Assembly (NCBI GenBank): GCA_034669905.1
Contig: JAXMOL010000092.1
Span: forward strand, 1-12,975
Source: Candidatus Hydrogenedentota bacterium
GTDB lineage: Bacteria; Hydrogenedentota; Hydrogenedentia; Hydrogenedentales; JAEUWI01
Direction: 5' to 3'
Length of the DNA: 12,975 bases
Shown: positions 1 to 7,030 of the stretch, in pieces
Numbering within the stretch: the first letter of the stretch is position 1
Layout of the letters: each line of letters begins with the position of its first letter
Position numbers and translations under genes: made by a program
Notes under the pieces: generated by a model
Seen by the model: only the letters and a program-made list of their open reading frames with translations
Databases searched by the model: none
What the model was told of the DNA's origin: nothing

Positions 1-2572
1 TTGCAGGGGTGCAGTTGAATGTCGGAATTTCACCTTCACCTTCACCTTCACCTTCACCTTCTCCTTCACCTTCTCCTTCACCTTCTCCTTCTCCTTCACC
101 TTCTCCTTCACCTTCTCCTTCACCTTCTCCTTCACCTTCACCCGTCGCCGGATCGGGCTGGGCATCATTTTGTGCTTCGAACGTCAACATGCCACTGTCC
201 TCGGCTACGGTGAACATGAAGCCCTCCGCGGCGCCGGAATACATCAACTGGGTATTCTCGTCGATACTTAAGGTGCCCGTTGCCGTCAAGAGGGGGAAGG
301 AGTCTCCCGTCTGGGGCAGGTAGCCGTCTGTCAGGTCAATCTGGATGATGGCATTGGTGACCGTGGCATCCCCCTCCACGGCAATCCCGCTAATAGCCCC
401 CGCACCACCAGCCTGCACGCGAATCGTCGCGCCGTCGAAGGTTGTGTCCCCAATTAGCGTCAACCCCGTGGCCCCGCTCTGCTTCCCTTCCTGCGCCGTG
501 ATTCCCGCGGCGATTTCCCCTTCGATGGTACCGCCAACGGAGTAGAGAATCGTACCCGTTCCCGAGATAGAACTGCCGCGCTCGAGCAAGATTATTCCGG
601 TCTCCAATTGACCGTCAAAGAGCGCAATATGGGCCGTACTGACAACGGTTACTTCCCCATCGGTCGTTTCGGTCAGTCCCGCCGCCAACAGTTCCATCAC
701 TTCCAGGGTGCTGTCATTGATCGTTATTTCCGCATCACCGCCATTCGAGCCGGCAAAGAGAGCCCTCCTGCAGGTCAGCGTCGCCGCGTTGTTCATCGTG
801 AGTTTGCCCGCGCCGAAGCTACCCACACTCAATTCTTCCGCCACCAACGCCTGGGGCTCGTCGTCGTCGGGGTATTCTCCCGTGCCTTCGATCAGCACCT
901 CACCCTGCGCACCCTCTTCCGGGTCTAAAAAGGGGCCGACGTTCAGGGAACCCGCTCCGAGATACGCCCCCTGCTCCAGAACGAGTGCACCGTTCCCATT
1001 CGATCCTACATTGATTCCCCCCCCTTCTGACTCCAACAAGCTCAGCGTTCCCTGCAGACTTACCGTGCCGACGCTCCCGGCTCCAAAGGCAATGTATATC
1101 GGCGTGGCCGTTCCTGCCGGAGCTGAAATCCGGACCTGGTCGGAGGCCACAATGCTTCCGGTACCCAATCGGCCCACGACCAACTCCTCTTCAAACTCCC
1201 ACCGCGAGAAATTCTCCGATTCCAGCAGGGTCACCGTACCCGTCGACTCCGCAAGGTCGCCCAGGACGGTCCGTCCCGTATTCAAGTTGGCATTCTGGAC
1301 CGTAACCGTCGCCGTACCGCCCATTCCCAGGGTGGTGCCCTCGGTGACTATCAACTGCTCGACCACGCCCGTGCTGGTCCCGTCAAAGCTCATGAGAATC
1401 TCCCCCCTGCTTCCGGCGGATTCCGCCACGATAAGCGCTTCGGTCGTGGTGGTGGTACCCTCCATCAGATCCAGCACGCCTACGCCCGCGGCACCCACCA
1501 CCAGGTCGAACTCATTGGCCCACTGGGTTTGTCCGTCCACCATAAGCCGGCCAATAGTATCCGCGTTCTCGCCCAGCACCGTTCCAGTCGTACTCACGTT
1601 TCCCACGAAGAACGAAAGGAAGGCTGAGTCCGCTGCGTCGTGGCCCACGATGAGCGAAGGCGTGCTTGCGCTGCCACCCGAAAGCATGAGGGTCGTGCCG
1701 TCCAGGGCATAGTTTCCTCGCTCTACGAAGATTCGGCCCCATTCGGGATCGCTCATCGTCACAGTGCCTGTGCCTGGCTCATCGAAAACGGCGATATCTG
1801 AAGACCTGGGCACCTGTGGAGGCTCCCAGTTTTCAGTCTCGTCCGCGCTGCCGTTTCCCCCGACCCAAAAAATTTCTGCGCCTGCTTCAAGTCCCTGAAT
1901 CGCGATAGCATAGTCCACATTGTAGCTGGCGCTGCCGGCTCCGGAGCCCTCACTACCGCGCGCAGTGCATGAGCCTCTCACGGTGAGTCGATAGTCTCCC
2001 GGCCCAAGCGTTGCCATTTCATCGAACGCACCCGATGGCGTGTCGCCCCCTCCAAAGACGTCCCTGAAAATTATCCTCGATAGTCCGCCACCATTTAATT
2101 GAACCGTGCCCGACGCTCCGGATTCACTGTCCGCAGAGACTCCGATGGAACCCGTGACCATAATATTTGCGGCACCACCAACCACCGAAAACAACACCTC
2201 ATAAAAACTGCCGGCCCCTGCGCTGCCTGAGAGCCCGGAAGCACTTGCCGTGCCGCTCGAGACCAGCGAGCCGGTGAGTCCACCACCAGAACTGGAAAGA
2301 TACGCCGTATAGGTCATTGATGACTCTCCGGAAGCGTCTCCCGGCGGACTCATGGCGGTTGCCGAACCCGATACAGAAAAGGGGCCTTGGTCGAGTGACC
2401 CCTGAATACGATCGGACTCACCGCTCCCCCCGCCGTTGGCCGAGTAGGTCGCGCTATAGTTCAAGGTATACCGGCCCGGTTCGACGGTCTGGCTTTGGAC
2501 AAGCTCCACCGGAAGTGCTATACAAGCAAGTCCAAACAGCCAGCAAAACAGTCCCGCTCTTGAAATGCACAT
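1..2572 (-). CDS. Gene A: secreted Gly-rich beta-repeat surface protein with (GE)19 linker; 3'-partial (continues past the left edge); paralog of gene B
   Basis: Translated by hand: the minus frame is open from ATG 2572-2570 to position 2 (857 codons), and the nearest upstream in-frame stop is at 2615-2617. GGAG lies 9 nt before the ATG. It starts [28 protein letters not shown] (signal-like), contains [16 protein letters not shown] and repeated VG..G.G.L.L motifs, and ends ...QPDPAT(GE)19IPTFNCTPA. It is probably missing from the ORF track because its stop lies outside the window. Confidence 0.93.
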   Translation of the reverse strand, partial: MCISRAGLFCWLFGLACIALPVELVQSQTVEPGRYTLNYSATYSANGGGSGESDRIQGSLDQGPFSVSGSATAMSPPGDASGESSMTYTAYLSSSGGGLTGSLVSSGTASASGLSGSAGAGSFYEVLFSVVGGAANIMVTGSIGVSADSESGASGTVQLNGGGLSRIIFRDVFGGGDTPSGAFDEMATLGPGDYRLTVRGSCTARGSEGSGAGSASYNVDYAIAIQGLEAGAEIFWVGGNGSADETENWEPPQVPRSSDIAVFDEPGTGTVTMSDPEWGRIFVERGNYALDGTTLMLSGGSASTPSLIVGHDAADSAFLSFFVGNVSTTGTVLGENADTIGRLMVDGQTQWANEFDLVVGAAGVGVLDLMEGTTTTTEALIVAESAGSRGEILMSFDGTSTGVVEQLIVTEGTTLGMGGTATVTVQNANLNTGRTVLGDLAESTGTVTLLESENFSRWEFEEELVVGRLGTGSIVASDQVRISAPAGTATPIYIAFGAGSVGTVSLQGTLSLLESEGGGINVGSNGNGALVLEQGAYLGAGSLNVGPFLDPEEGAQGEVLIEGTGEYPDDDEPQALVAEELSVGSFGAGKLTMNNAATLTCRRALFAGSNGGDAEITINDSTLEVMELLAAGLTETTDGEVTVVSTAHIALFDGQLETGIILLERGSSISGTGTILYSVGGTIEGEIAAGITAQEGKQSGATGLTLIGDTTFDGATIRVQAGGAGAISGIAVEGDATVTNAIIQIDLTDGYLPQTGDSFPLLTATGTLSIDENTQLMYSGAAEGFMFTVAEDSGMLTFEAQNDAQPDPATGEGEGEGEGEGEGEGEGEGEGEGEGEGEGEGEGEGEGEIPTFNCTPA
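29..142 (-). repeat. Hexamer tandem repeat (GGWGAA)19 encoding (Gly-Glu)19
   Basis: 19 units of TTCACC/TTCTCC on the plus strand, in frame within gene A. Confidence 0.97.
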
Positions 2573-2844
2573 AACTCGAATCTCCCAGGTTACTAAGGCA
2601 GCCTTTTGCTCCAATCATGCTCCAAGGCCTATGGACATTCACCAACCAGCAATCAACTACGAACGCCGGCGACAGCGTATGACACCGACTCTATCTATTC
2701 GCGGAGGCACCGTTCTCCAGCATAAGCACCATGTAGTGCTCCGCGTTATGCCCCATATTCTTTCGCCAATCATCCGCGCGCGTTCAATTGCGGAATCACA
2801 ATCAATGGCAATACCGGCAAGACACTCCCACGTCTCGCTTAGCT

Positions 2845-2855
2845 ACTATAGCACA
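2845..2855 (-). promoter_or_regulatory. Candidate extended -10 promoter (TGTGCTATAGT) for gene A
   Basis: TG-n-TATAGT closely fits the TGnTATAAT consensus. The identical 11-mer occurs upstream of gene B (6421-6431). No good -35 seen. Confidence 0.45.
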
Positions 2856-3043
2856 TGTTTTTCCGTCCGATTCCTTGAAATTGTGAATTTGAAATAAAGC
2901 TCCCTCGCGCCGAGTAGCGCACGCATTATTCGATAAGTGAGGCGTGTACCCTCCCTTGGAAGCGCCGCGCCCCACCGTAAATCAGCGACACGACATGTCG
3001 GGCGGCGCCGGAATCACCAGGCCTCAAGAAAAAGCCCTCCATT

Positions 3044-3285
3044 CGTGCCGCGCGATCCGGAATGGTCGGATATGGCGCATGGCGTGTGGGCGAAGCGGAG
3101 GCCGTTTGGGAAAGACGGGAGCTGTAGACATCCGGGCCGGTTCGTGCGTGTAGACGTGGGTGACTACACCTGGCACTGAGTCCACACGCACGAACCCGAT
3201 TGGCCGCTACTGCGTCCAAGTGGGATCGCGCGGCACGGGTGAACGTGTGGCCGCTGGGGCGTCCAGGCGGGATCGCGCGGCACGG
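3044..3285. repeat. Intergenic nested repeat element: inverted 15-mer, long hairpin and two 38-bp direct repeats
   Basis: GGATCGCGCGGCACG occurs at 3223-3237 and 3270-3284, with its exact reverse complement at 3044-3058. The direct repeats 3201-3238 and 3248-3285 match at 33/38. A 17-bp inverted repeat 3139-3155 / 3180-3196 has one mismatch. Confidence 0.85.
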
Positions 3286-3337
3286 ATAAGCACATGGGCA
3301 CTTCCCTGATGATCGGTATCCATGGACCTATTCGCGC

Positions 3338-6082
3338 TTATCCGGATTCCCTAACACGCGTCGCCAGCAGCAACGTTGCGACCGACAACGCCATTAACAG
3401 GACATCTCCCCAGGAACTGGTGCCTGATGCAAGAAGGTCTTTTGCAGGGGTGCAGTTGAATGTCGGAATTTCACCTTCACCTTCACCTTCACCTTCACCT
3501 TCACCTTCACCTTCTCCTTCTCCTTCACCTTCACCTTCACCTTCACCTTCTCCCGCCGCAGGATCGGGCTGGGCGTCATTCTGGGCTTCAAACATCAACA
3601 TGCCGCCGTCCTCGGCCACGGTGAACATAAAGCCCTCCGCCGCGCCGGTGTATTCGAGGGTCGTGTTTTCATCAATGCTAAGCGTCCCGCCCGCCATGAT
3701 GAACGGAATGGTCTCGCCTGTCTTTGGAAGGTATCCGTCGGTGAAGTTGAAACGAATCGTCGCGCCGGTGATATCCGCATTGCCAGTGACAACAATCATG
3801 TCGCTCTCGGTGGCCGAGACGGCGTCAATTACTATCGTCGCCTGTGGGAAAGTCCAGTCGCCGTCAAAGGTGAGCGTGCCGCCAGGGCTACCACCCGTTT
3901 GTTTCGTACTGGGGTCCTGTTCATCGTCGGGGAGAAACGGGTCCAGGTTGCAGGTACACTCGCTTGCGACCGTCACGCTTATAAGACCACTTCCAGCCAC
4001 ATTGGCCCCGTGGTCACCGGAGAAAATTGGCACGGTGACATCGCCATCGAGCAGTAGGAGCGTTCCCACCCCAAGGATGTTAAAGGAGCCATCTCCTTCT
4101 TCGGGTTCCGACAGGCCGATGCTCAGGAGTTCCGACAGGGTCCAACCCGCATTGTTCAACGTCACCACGCCGCTACCTCCGACCTCCGTCCCGATAAATC
4201 CGCTTACGCTCTCTATGTCGGCCTCCAGCTGGGCTTTCAACGCGCCCTCCCCGAAGTTACCCACGCGGATATCGCCGCCAATCTGGGCCTGTGGCTCGTC
4301 GACGATTTCTCCGGCCCCTTCGATCAGCACATCTCCCCGGGCGCCCTCCGCGGACTCCTCAGTGGGCCCAATCAGGAGCGAGCCCGCCCCGAGGAGCGCC
4401 CCTTGAGTGAGCGCCAGGGAGCCATCACCACCGAGACCGACGCTAATCGCTCCACCCTTGCTGTCAAAAACAGACAAACTGCCTTCCAGGCTGACCGTGC
4501 CGACACTACCCGACTCGCGCGCAATATACACGGGCGTCGGCGCATCGGCGGGGGCGGAGATAACGACTTGATCGGAGGCCACCACACTGCCCACGCCGAG
4601 TCCGCCCACCGTGAGTTCGTCCTCAAAGGTCCAGCCGACAAAGTTCTCGGACTCCAGTAAGGTGACCATCCCCGAAGACCCGGCCAGGGCGCCAATCACA
4701 GTACGCCCGGTATTCATTCGGGCGTTCTGTGCCATGAAGGTGGCTTCGCCCCTCTGACCGATGATGGTTTCCAATGTGACAACGAGTTGTTCGGTCTCCC
4801 CCTTCGCGGTATTCTCCGTGACCAGAATAACTTCGCCGCTGCTTCCGACGGATTCCGCGACGACCAGTTGCTCCGTGGTCGTCATCGAATTCCCTGACAG
4901 GTCGAGAATGCCCGTGCCCTCCCCCCCAACCACCACGCTGAACTCATTGGCCCATTGGGTCTCGCCGTCTACTGTCAGGCGGCCCAGGGTATTGGGTGCC
5001 TCGCCAAGGACGGTGCCGGTGCTGCTGACGTTCCCGACGAAAAAGGTCAAGAACGCCGAATCTGCCGTGCTACGGCCCACGATAAGCGACGGAAGGTCGA
5101 TGTTCCCGCCAGAAAGCTGAAGCGTGGCCCCATCGAAGCTGTAGTTTCCCCGCTCGACGAAGATACGCCCCACCTCCGGATTCTCTAGCGTAAGGGAACC
5201 CGTTCCGACACGATCGAAAACCGCCACCTGAGTCGCCCCCGGGACTTCCTCCGGCTCCCAATTGCTCTCGTCTTCGAAGGCTCCGTTTCCCGCCTCCCAG
5301 AATACCTGGGTTGCGGTGCCAGCGCCTGCCACCACACTGAATTCCACCTCCAGGGACGCATCGCCTGACCGCTGGGCCACGTCATTATCGGAATCTACAT
5401 TACCGCCGGCCGACCAACGAATCGTGTAACGCCCGGGGACCAGGGACAGCGTATCGTCCAATGTAACACTATCGGGATACTCCCCGGGAAGGGATGGTCC
5501 GAAAGCCCGCACATTCAGTTCACAGTCCTCGTCGCTTCCAAACTTCCCCAAGATTACATCTGTCGGGCATCCGATCCGCTCTAGACGGTACGAAGCCTCG
5601 AAGCTACCCGGAGTAGTCGCATTACTTGTTGCCTCCAATCTGCCGGATATCGTCAGGGTTGCCTCCGACTCCACTTCAAAAATGGCATCGCATATACCTG
5701 TCGCCCGGGAGCTGTAATTGGCCGTATTATTGACAAAAGGCGTGTTGCGGCTCGAAGCGGCCGAAATATTGAGCGTGGCGGAGAAGCCACCTGCTATGGA
5801 CTGAAATGCCATATCCGCCGTTACATTCCCATTTACCGTGTGGCTCTCCGTCGTGCACATCGCCGATTCCATGAGGGTAAAGGTCGGCCCATCCAAGCTA
5901 AGATCGATAACATCGGACTTGGGGTCGTCACATTCCATACCGTCAAGAGCCGTAGACGCAGCTATGGCGTATCGAGCTTCGGCCGACTCGAGGGTAACCT
6001 GGGCCACGCTTTGGTGGCACAGCACCACCCCTATCAGCACGGCACCGAGCACGCAGTAGCTCATCTCAATCCTGGTCAACAT
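3338..6082 (-). CDS. Gene B: secreted Gly-rich beta-repeat surface protein (T5SS/PEP-CTERM-associated-repeat-like) with (GE)14 linker and C-terminal membrane anchor/sorting tail, about 914 aa
   Basis: ORF track gives 3338..6142. ATG 6082 is preferred over TTG 6142 because AAAGGA precedes it and it gives a signal peptide MLTRIEMSYCVLGAVLIGVVLCHQSVA-Q in register with gene A (C10 and Q28 in both). Repeats such as WANEFSVVVGGEGTGILDL and WTFEDELTVGGLGVGSVV. Ends NCTPAKDLLASGTSSWGDVLLMALSVATLLLATRVRESG. Confidence 0.93.
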   Translation of the reverse strand: MLTRIEMSYCVLGAVLIGVVLCHQSVAQVTLESAEARYAIAASTALDGMECDDPKSDVIDLSLDGPTFTLMESAMCTTESHTVNGNVTADMAFQSIAGGFSATLNISAASSRNTPFVNNTANYSSRATGICDAIFEVESEATLTISGRLEATSNATTPGSFEASYRLERIGCPTDVILGKFGSDEDCELNVRAFGPSLPGEYPDSVTLDDTLSLVPGRYTIRWSAGGNVDSDNDVAQRSGDASLEVEFSVVAGAGTATQVFWEAGNGAFEDESNWEPEEVPGATQVAVFDRVGTGSLTLENPEVGRIFVERGNYSFDGATLQLSGGNIDLPSLIVGRSTADSAFLTFFVGNVSSTGTVLGEAPNTLGRLTVDGETQWANEFSVVVGGEGTGILDLSGNSMTTTEQLVVAESVGSSGEVILVTENTAKGETEQLVVTLETIIGQRGEATFMAQNARMNTGRTVIGALAGSSGMVTLLESENFVGWTFEDELTVGGLGVGSVVASDQVVISAPADAPTPVYIARESGSVGTVSLEGSLSVFDSKGGAISVGLGGDGSLALTQGALLGAGSLLIGPTEESAEGARGDVLIEGAGEIVDEPQAQIGGDIRVGNFGEGALKAQLEADIESVSGFIGTEVGGSGVVTLNNAGWTLSELLSIGLSEPEEGDGSFNILGVGTLLLLDGDVTVPIFSGDHGANVAGSGLISVTVASECTCNLDPFLPDDEQDPSTKQTGGSPGGTLTFDGDWTFPQATIVIDAVSATESDMIVVTGNADITGATIRFNFTDGYLPKTGETIPFIMAGGTLSIDENTTLEYTGAAEGFMFTVAEDGGMLMFEAQNDAQPDPAAGEGEGEGEGEGEGEGEGEGEGEGEGEGEIPTFNCTPAKDLLASGTSSWGDVLLMALSVATLLLATRVRESG
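3470..3553 (-). repeat. Hexamer tandem repeat (GGWGAA)14 encoding (Gly-Glu)14
   Basis: 14 units of TTCACC/TTCTCC on the plus strand, in frame within gene B. Confidence 0.97.
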
Positions 6083-6420
6083 GAATTTTCCTTTCGTCCC
6101 AATAGCGGGGTTGACGAACTCCTTCCAAGAGGAGCGCCGCAAGTAGCGGAAAACGGAAGCGCCAGAAGAAAGAGTCCGTTGGCAATCGCGAATAACAGAT
6201 CGCTATGTTTTCTGCTCGACATATTCCTGCTCCCGGTTTGTCAGCTAAGTCCATGCGAACTACACGAAAAGCTGGGCGCACCAGCGCCCTCGTTGAGTCC
6301 TCAATCACTCCGTTTCCAAGCAGAGCCCGGGCCATCGATTGCACTATGTATCTGCCTCCTGCTGCTCCTCTTCCTCCTCAAGAAAAAGAGCGCAGCGCAC
6401 TGCCACACCGATACTTCATC

Positions 6421-6431
6421 ACTATAGCACA
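6421..6431 (-). promoter_or_regulatory. Candidate extended -10 promoter (TGTGCTATAGT) for gene B
   Basis: Same 11-mer as 2845-2855, preceded on the minus strand by an A5 tract in both cases. About 340 nt upstream of the start. Confidence 0.45.
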
Positions 6432-6531
6432 CAATTTTTCGTTGGGAAGCAGCGCAAACTCATCTGAAACCGCCAATTTATGCTCGGTAACGGGTCATAA
6501 GCCCGGTGCTTCTCACCTGCGTCTTTGCAAA

Positions 6532-6549
6532 GTGCTAAGTTCCTAGCAT
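6532..6549. promoter_or_regulatory. Operator palindrome 1, TGCTA-N6-TAGCA (likely BlaI-family repressor site)
   Basis: TGCTA 6533-6537, AGTTCC, TAGCA 6544-6548. Lies just upstream of the -35 box. Confidence 0.75.
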
Positions 6550-6554
6550 TTATA

Positions 6555-6583
6555 TTGACACCACCTCCAAAGTGCTATATGCT
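6555..6583 (+). promoter_or_regulatory. Sigma70-type promoter of the repressor/M56 operon
   Basis: Perfect TTGACA at 6555-6560, 17-nt spacer, TATGCT at 6578-6583. Confidence 0.8.
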
Positions 6584-6589
6584 TAGCAC
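6572..6589. promoter_or_regulatory. Operator palindrome 2, GTGCTA-N6-TAGCAC, centred on the -10 box
   Basis: TGCTA 6573-6577, TATGCT, TAGCA 6584-6588. CAAAGTGCTA is repeated exactly 40 bp after operator 1. Confidence 0.78.
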
Positions 6590-6638
6590 ATGGACCACCG
6601 CTGGGGGTGGCCACGGAATGAAAAAGGGCTGCGGCACG

Positions 6639-7028
6639 ATGAAGCAAAAGACTCCCCTCGACCTCGGGCGTCGGGAACAGCAAATCATGGAGGCCCTCTA
6701 TGACTTGGGGCAGGCGAGCGTCTCGGAAGTACTGGAGGCACTCCCCGACCCACCGAGCTATTCGGCGGTCCGGGCTATCCTCAACAACCTCGAGGAGAAA
6801 GGGCACGTCAAGCGCGCAAAATCGGGCAAGAAGTTTCTCTACCAGTCCACCATTGCCCGGAAAAAGGCCCAGCGCTCGGTCTTGCAACGGCTCGTGGCCA
6901 CCTTCTTCAACGGCTCCACCTCCCAGGCGGCGGCTTCTCTCATTGAAATGGACGGCGGCACGCTGAGCGATGCCGAGTTGGATCACCTCTCGCAACTCAT
7001 AGAGAAAGCCAAGAAAGGGGGGCGCTAA
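6639..7028 (+). CDS. BlaI/MecI/CopY-family winged-helix transcriptional repressor (129 aa; alternative start at 6618)
   Basis: LGRREQQIMEALY...SVSEVLEALPDPPSYSAVRAILNNLEEKGHV...FLY...LVATFFNGS...LSDAELDHLSQLIE is the typical family pattern, and an M56 gene follows directly. The ORF-track start at 6525 lies upstream of the promoter and is unlikely. Confidence 0.95.
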   Translation: MKQKTPLDLGRREQQIMEALYDLGQASVSEVLEALPDPPSYSAVRAILNNLEEKGHVKRAKSGKKFLYQSTIARKKAQRSVLQRLVATFFNGSTSQAAASLIEMDGGTLSDAELDHLSQLIEKAKKGGR

Positions 7029-7030
7029 CG

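Noticed and set aside
9..323. Plus-strand ORFs with (SP)n or (HL)n repeats (9..323, 19..213, and 3294..4406)
   Set aside because: Antisense shadows of the GE tracts. The minus frame has the signal peptide, RBS and protein-level paralogy.
2522..2572. Lipoprotein signal in gene A (FGLAC, Cys17)
   Set aside because: Gly at -3 fits the lipobox poorly, and the paralog has an ordinary signal peptidase I site in register at Q28. Not fully excluded.
345..2574. Other short or medium ORFs over gene A (e.g. 708..1712 +, 1759..1953 -)
   Set aside because: Overlapped by the long minus-strand frame and lacking recognisable motifs.
2565..3219. Intergenic ORFs 2565..2897 +, 2926..3219 -, 2937..3179 +, 2944..3153 +
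   Set aside because: Atypical composition, no convincing RBS or motifs, mutually overlapping, and they run over promoter-like and repeat elements.
3201..3285. Mini CRISPR array
   Set aside because: Only two imperfect repeats separated by 9 nt, no spacer of proper length and no cas genes.
1..3660. Diversity-generating retroelement template/variable repeat pair
   Set aside because: Differences between the paralog 3' ends are mostly synonymous and not adenine-specific, both copies are coding, and no reverse transcriptase is present.
3338..3700. Autotransporter beta-barrel or PEP-CTERM terminus
   Set aside because: No approximately 280-aa barrel ending in an aromatic residue and no VPEP motif; the tail is a single hydrophobic helix.
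6525..6617. Longer N-terminus of the repressor (167 aa)
   Set aside because: The extension overlaps the -35/-10 boxes and operators; the family domain begins at about 6639.
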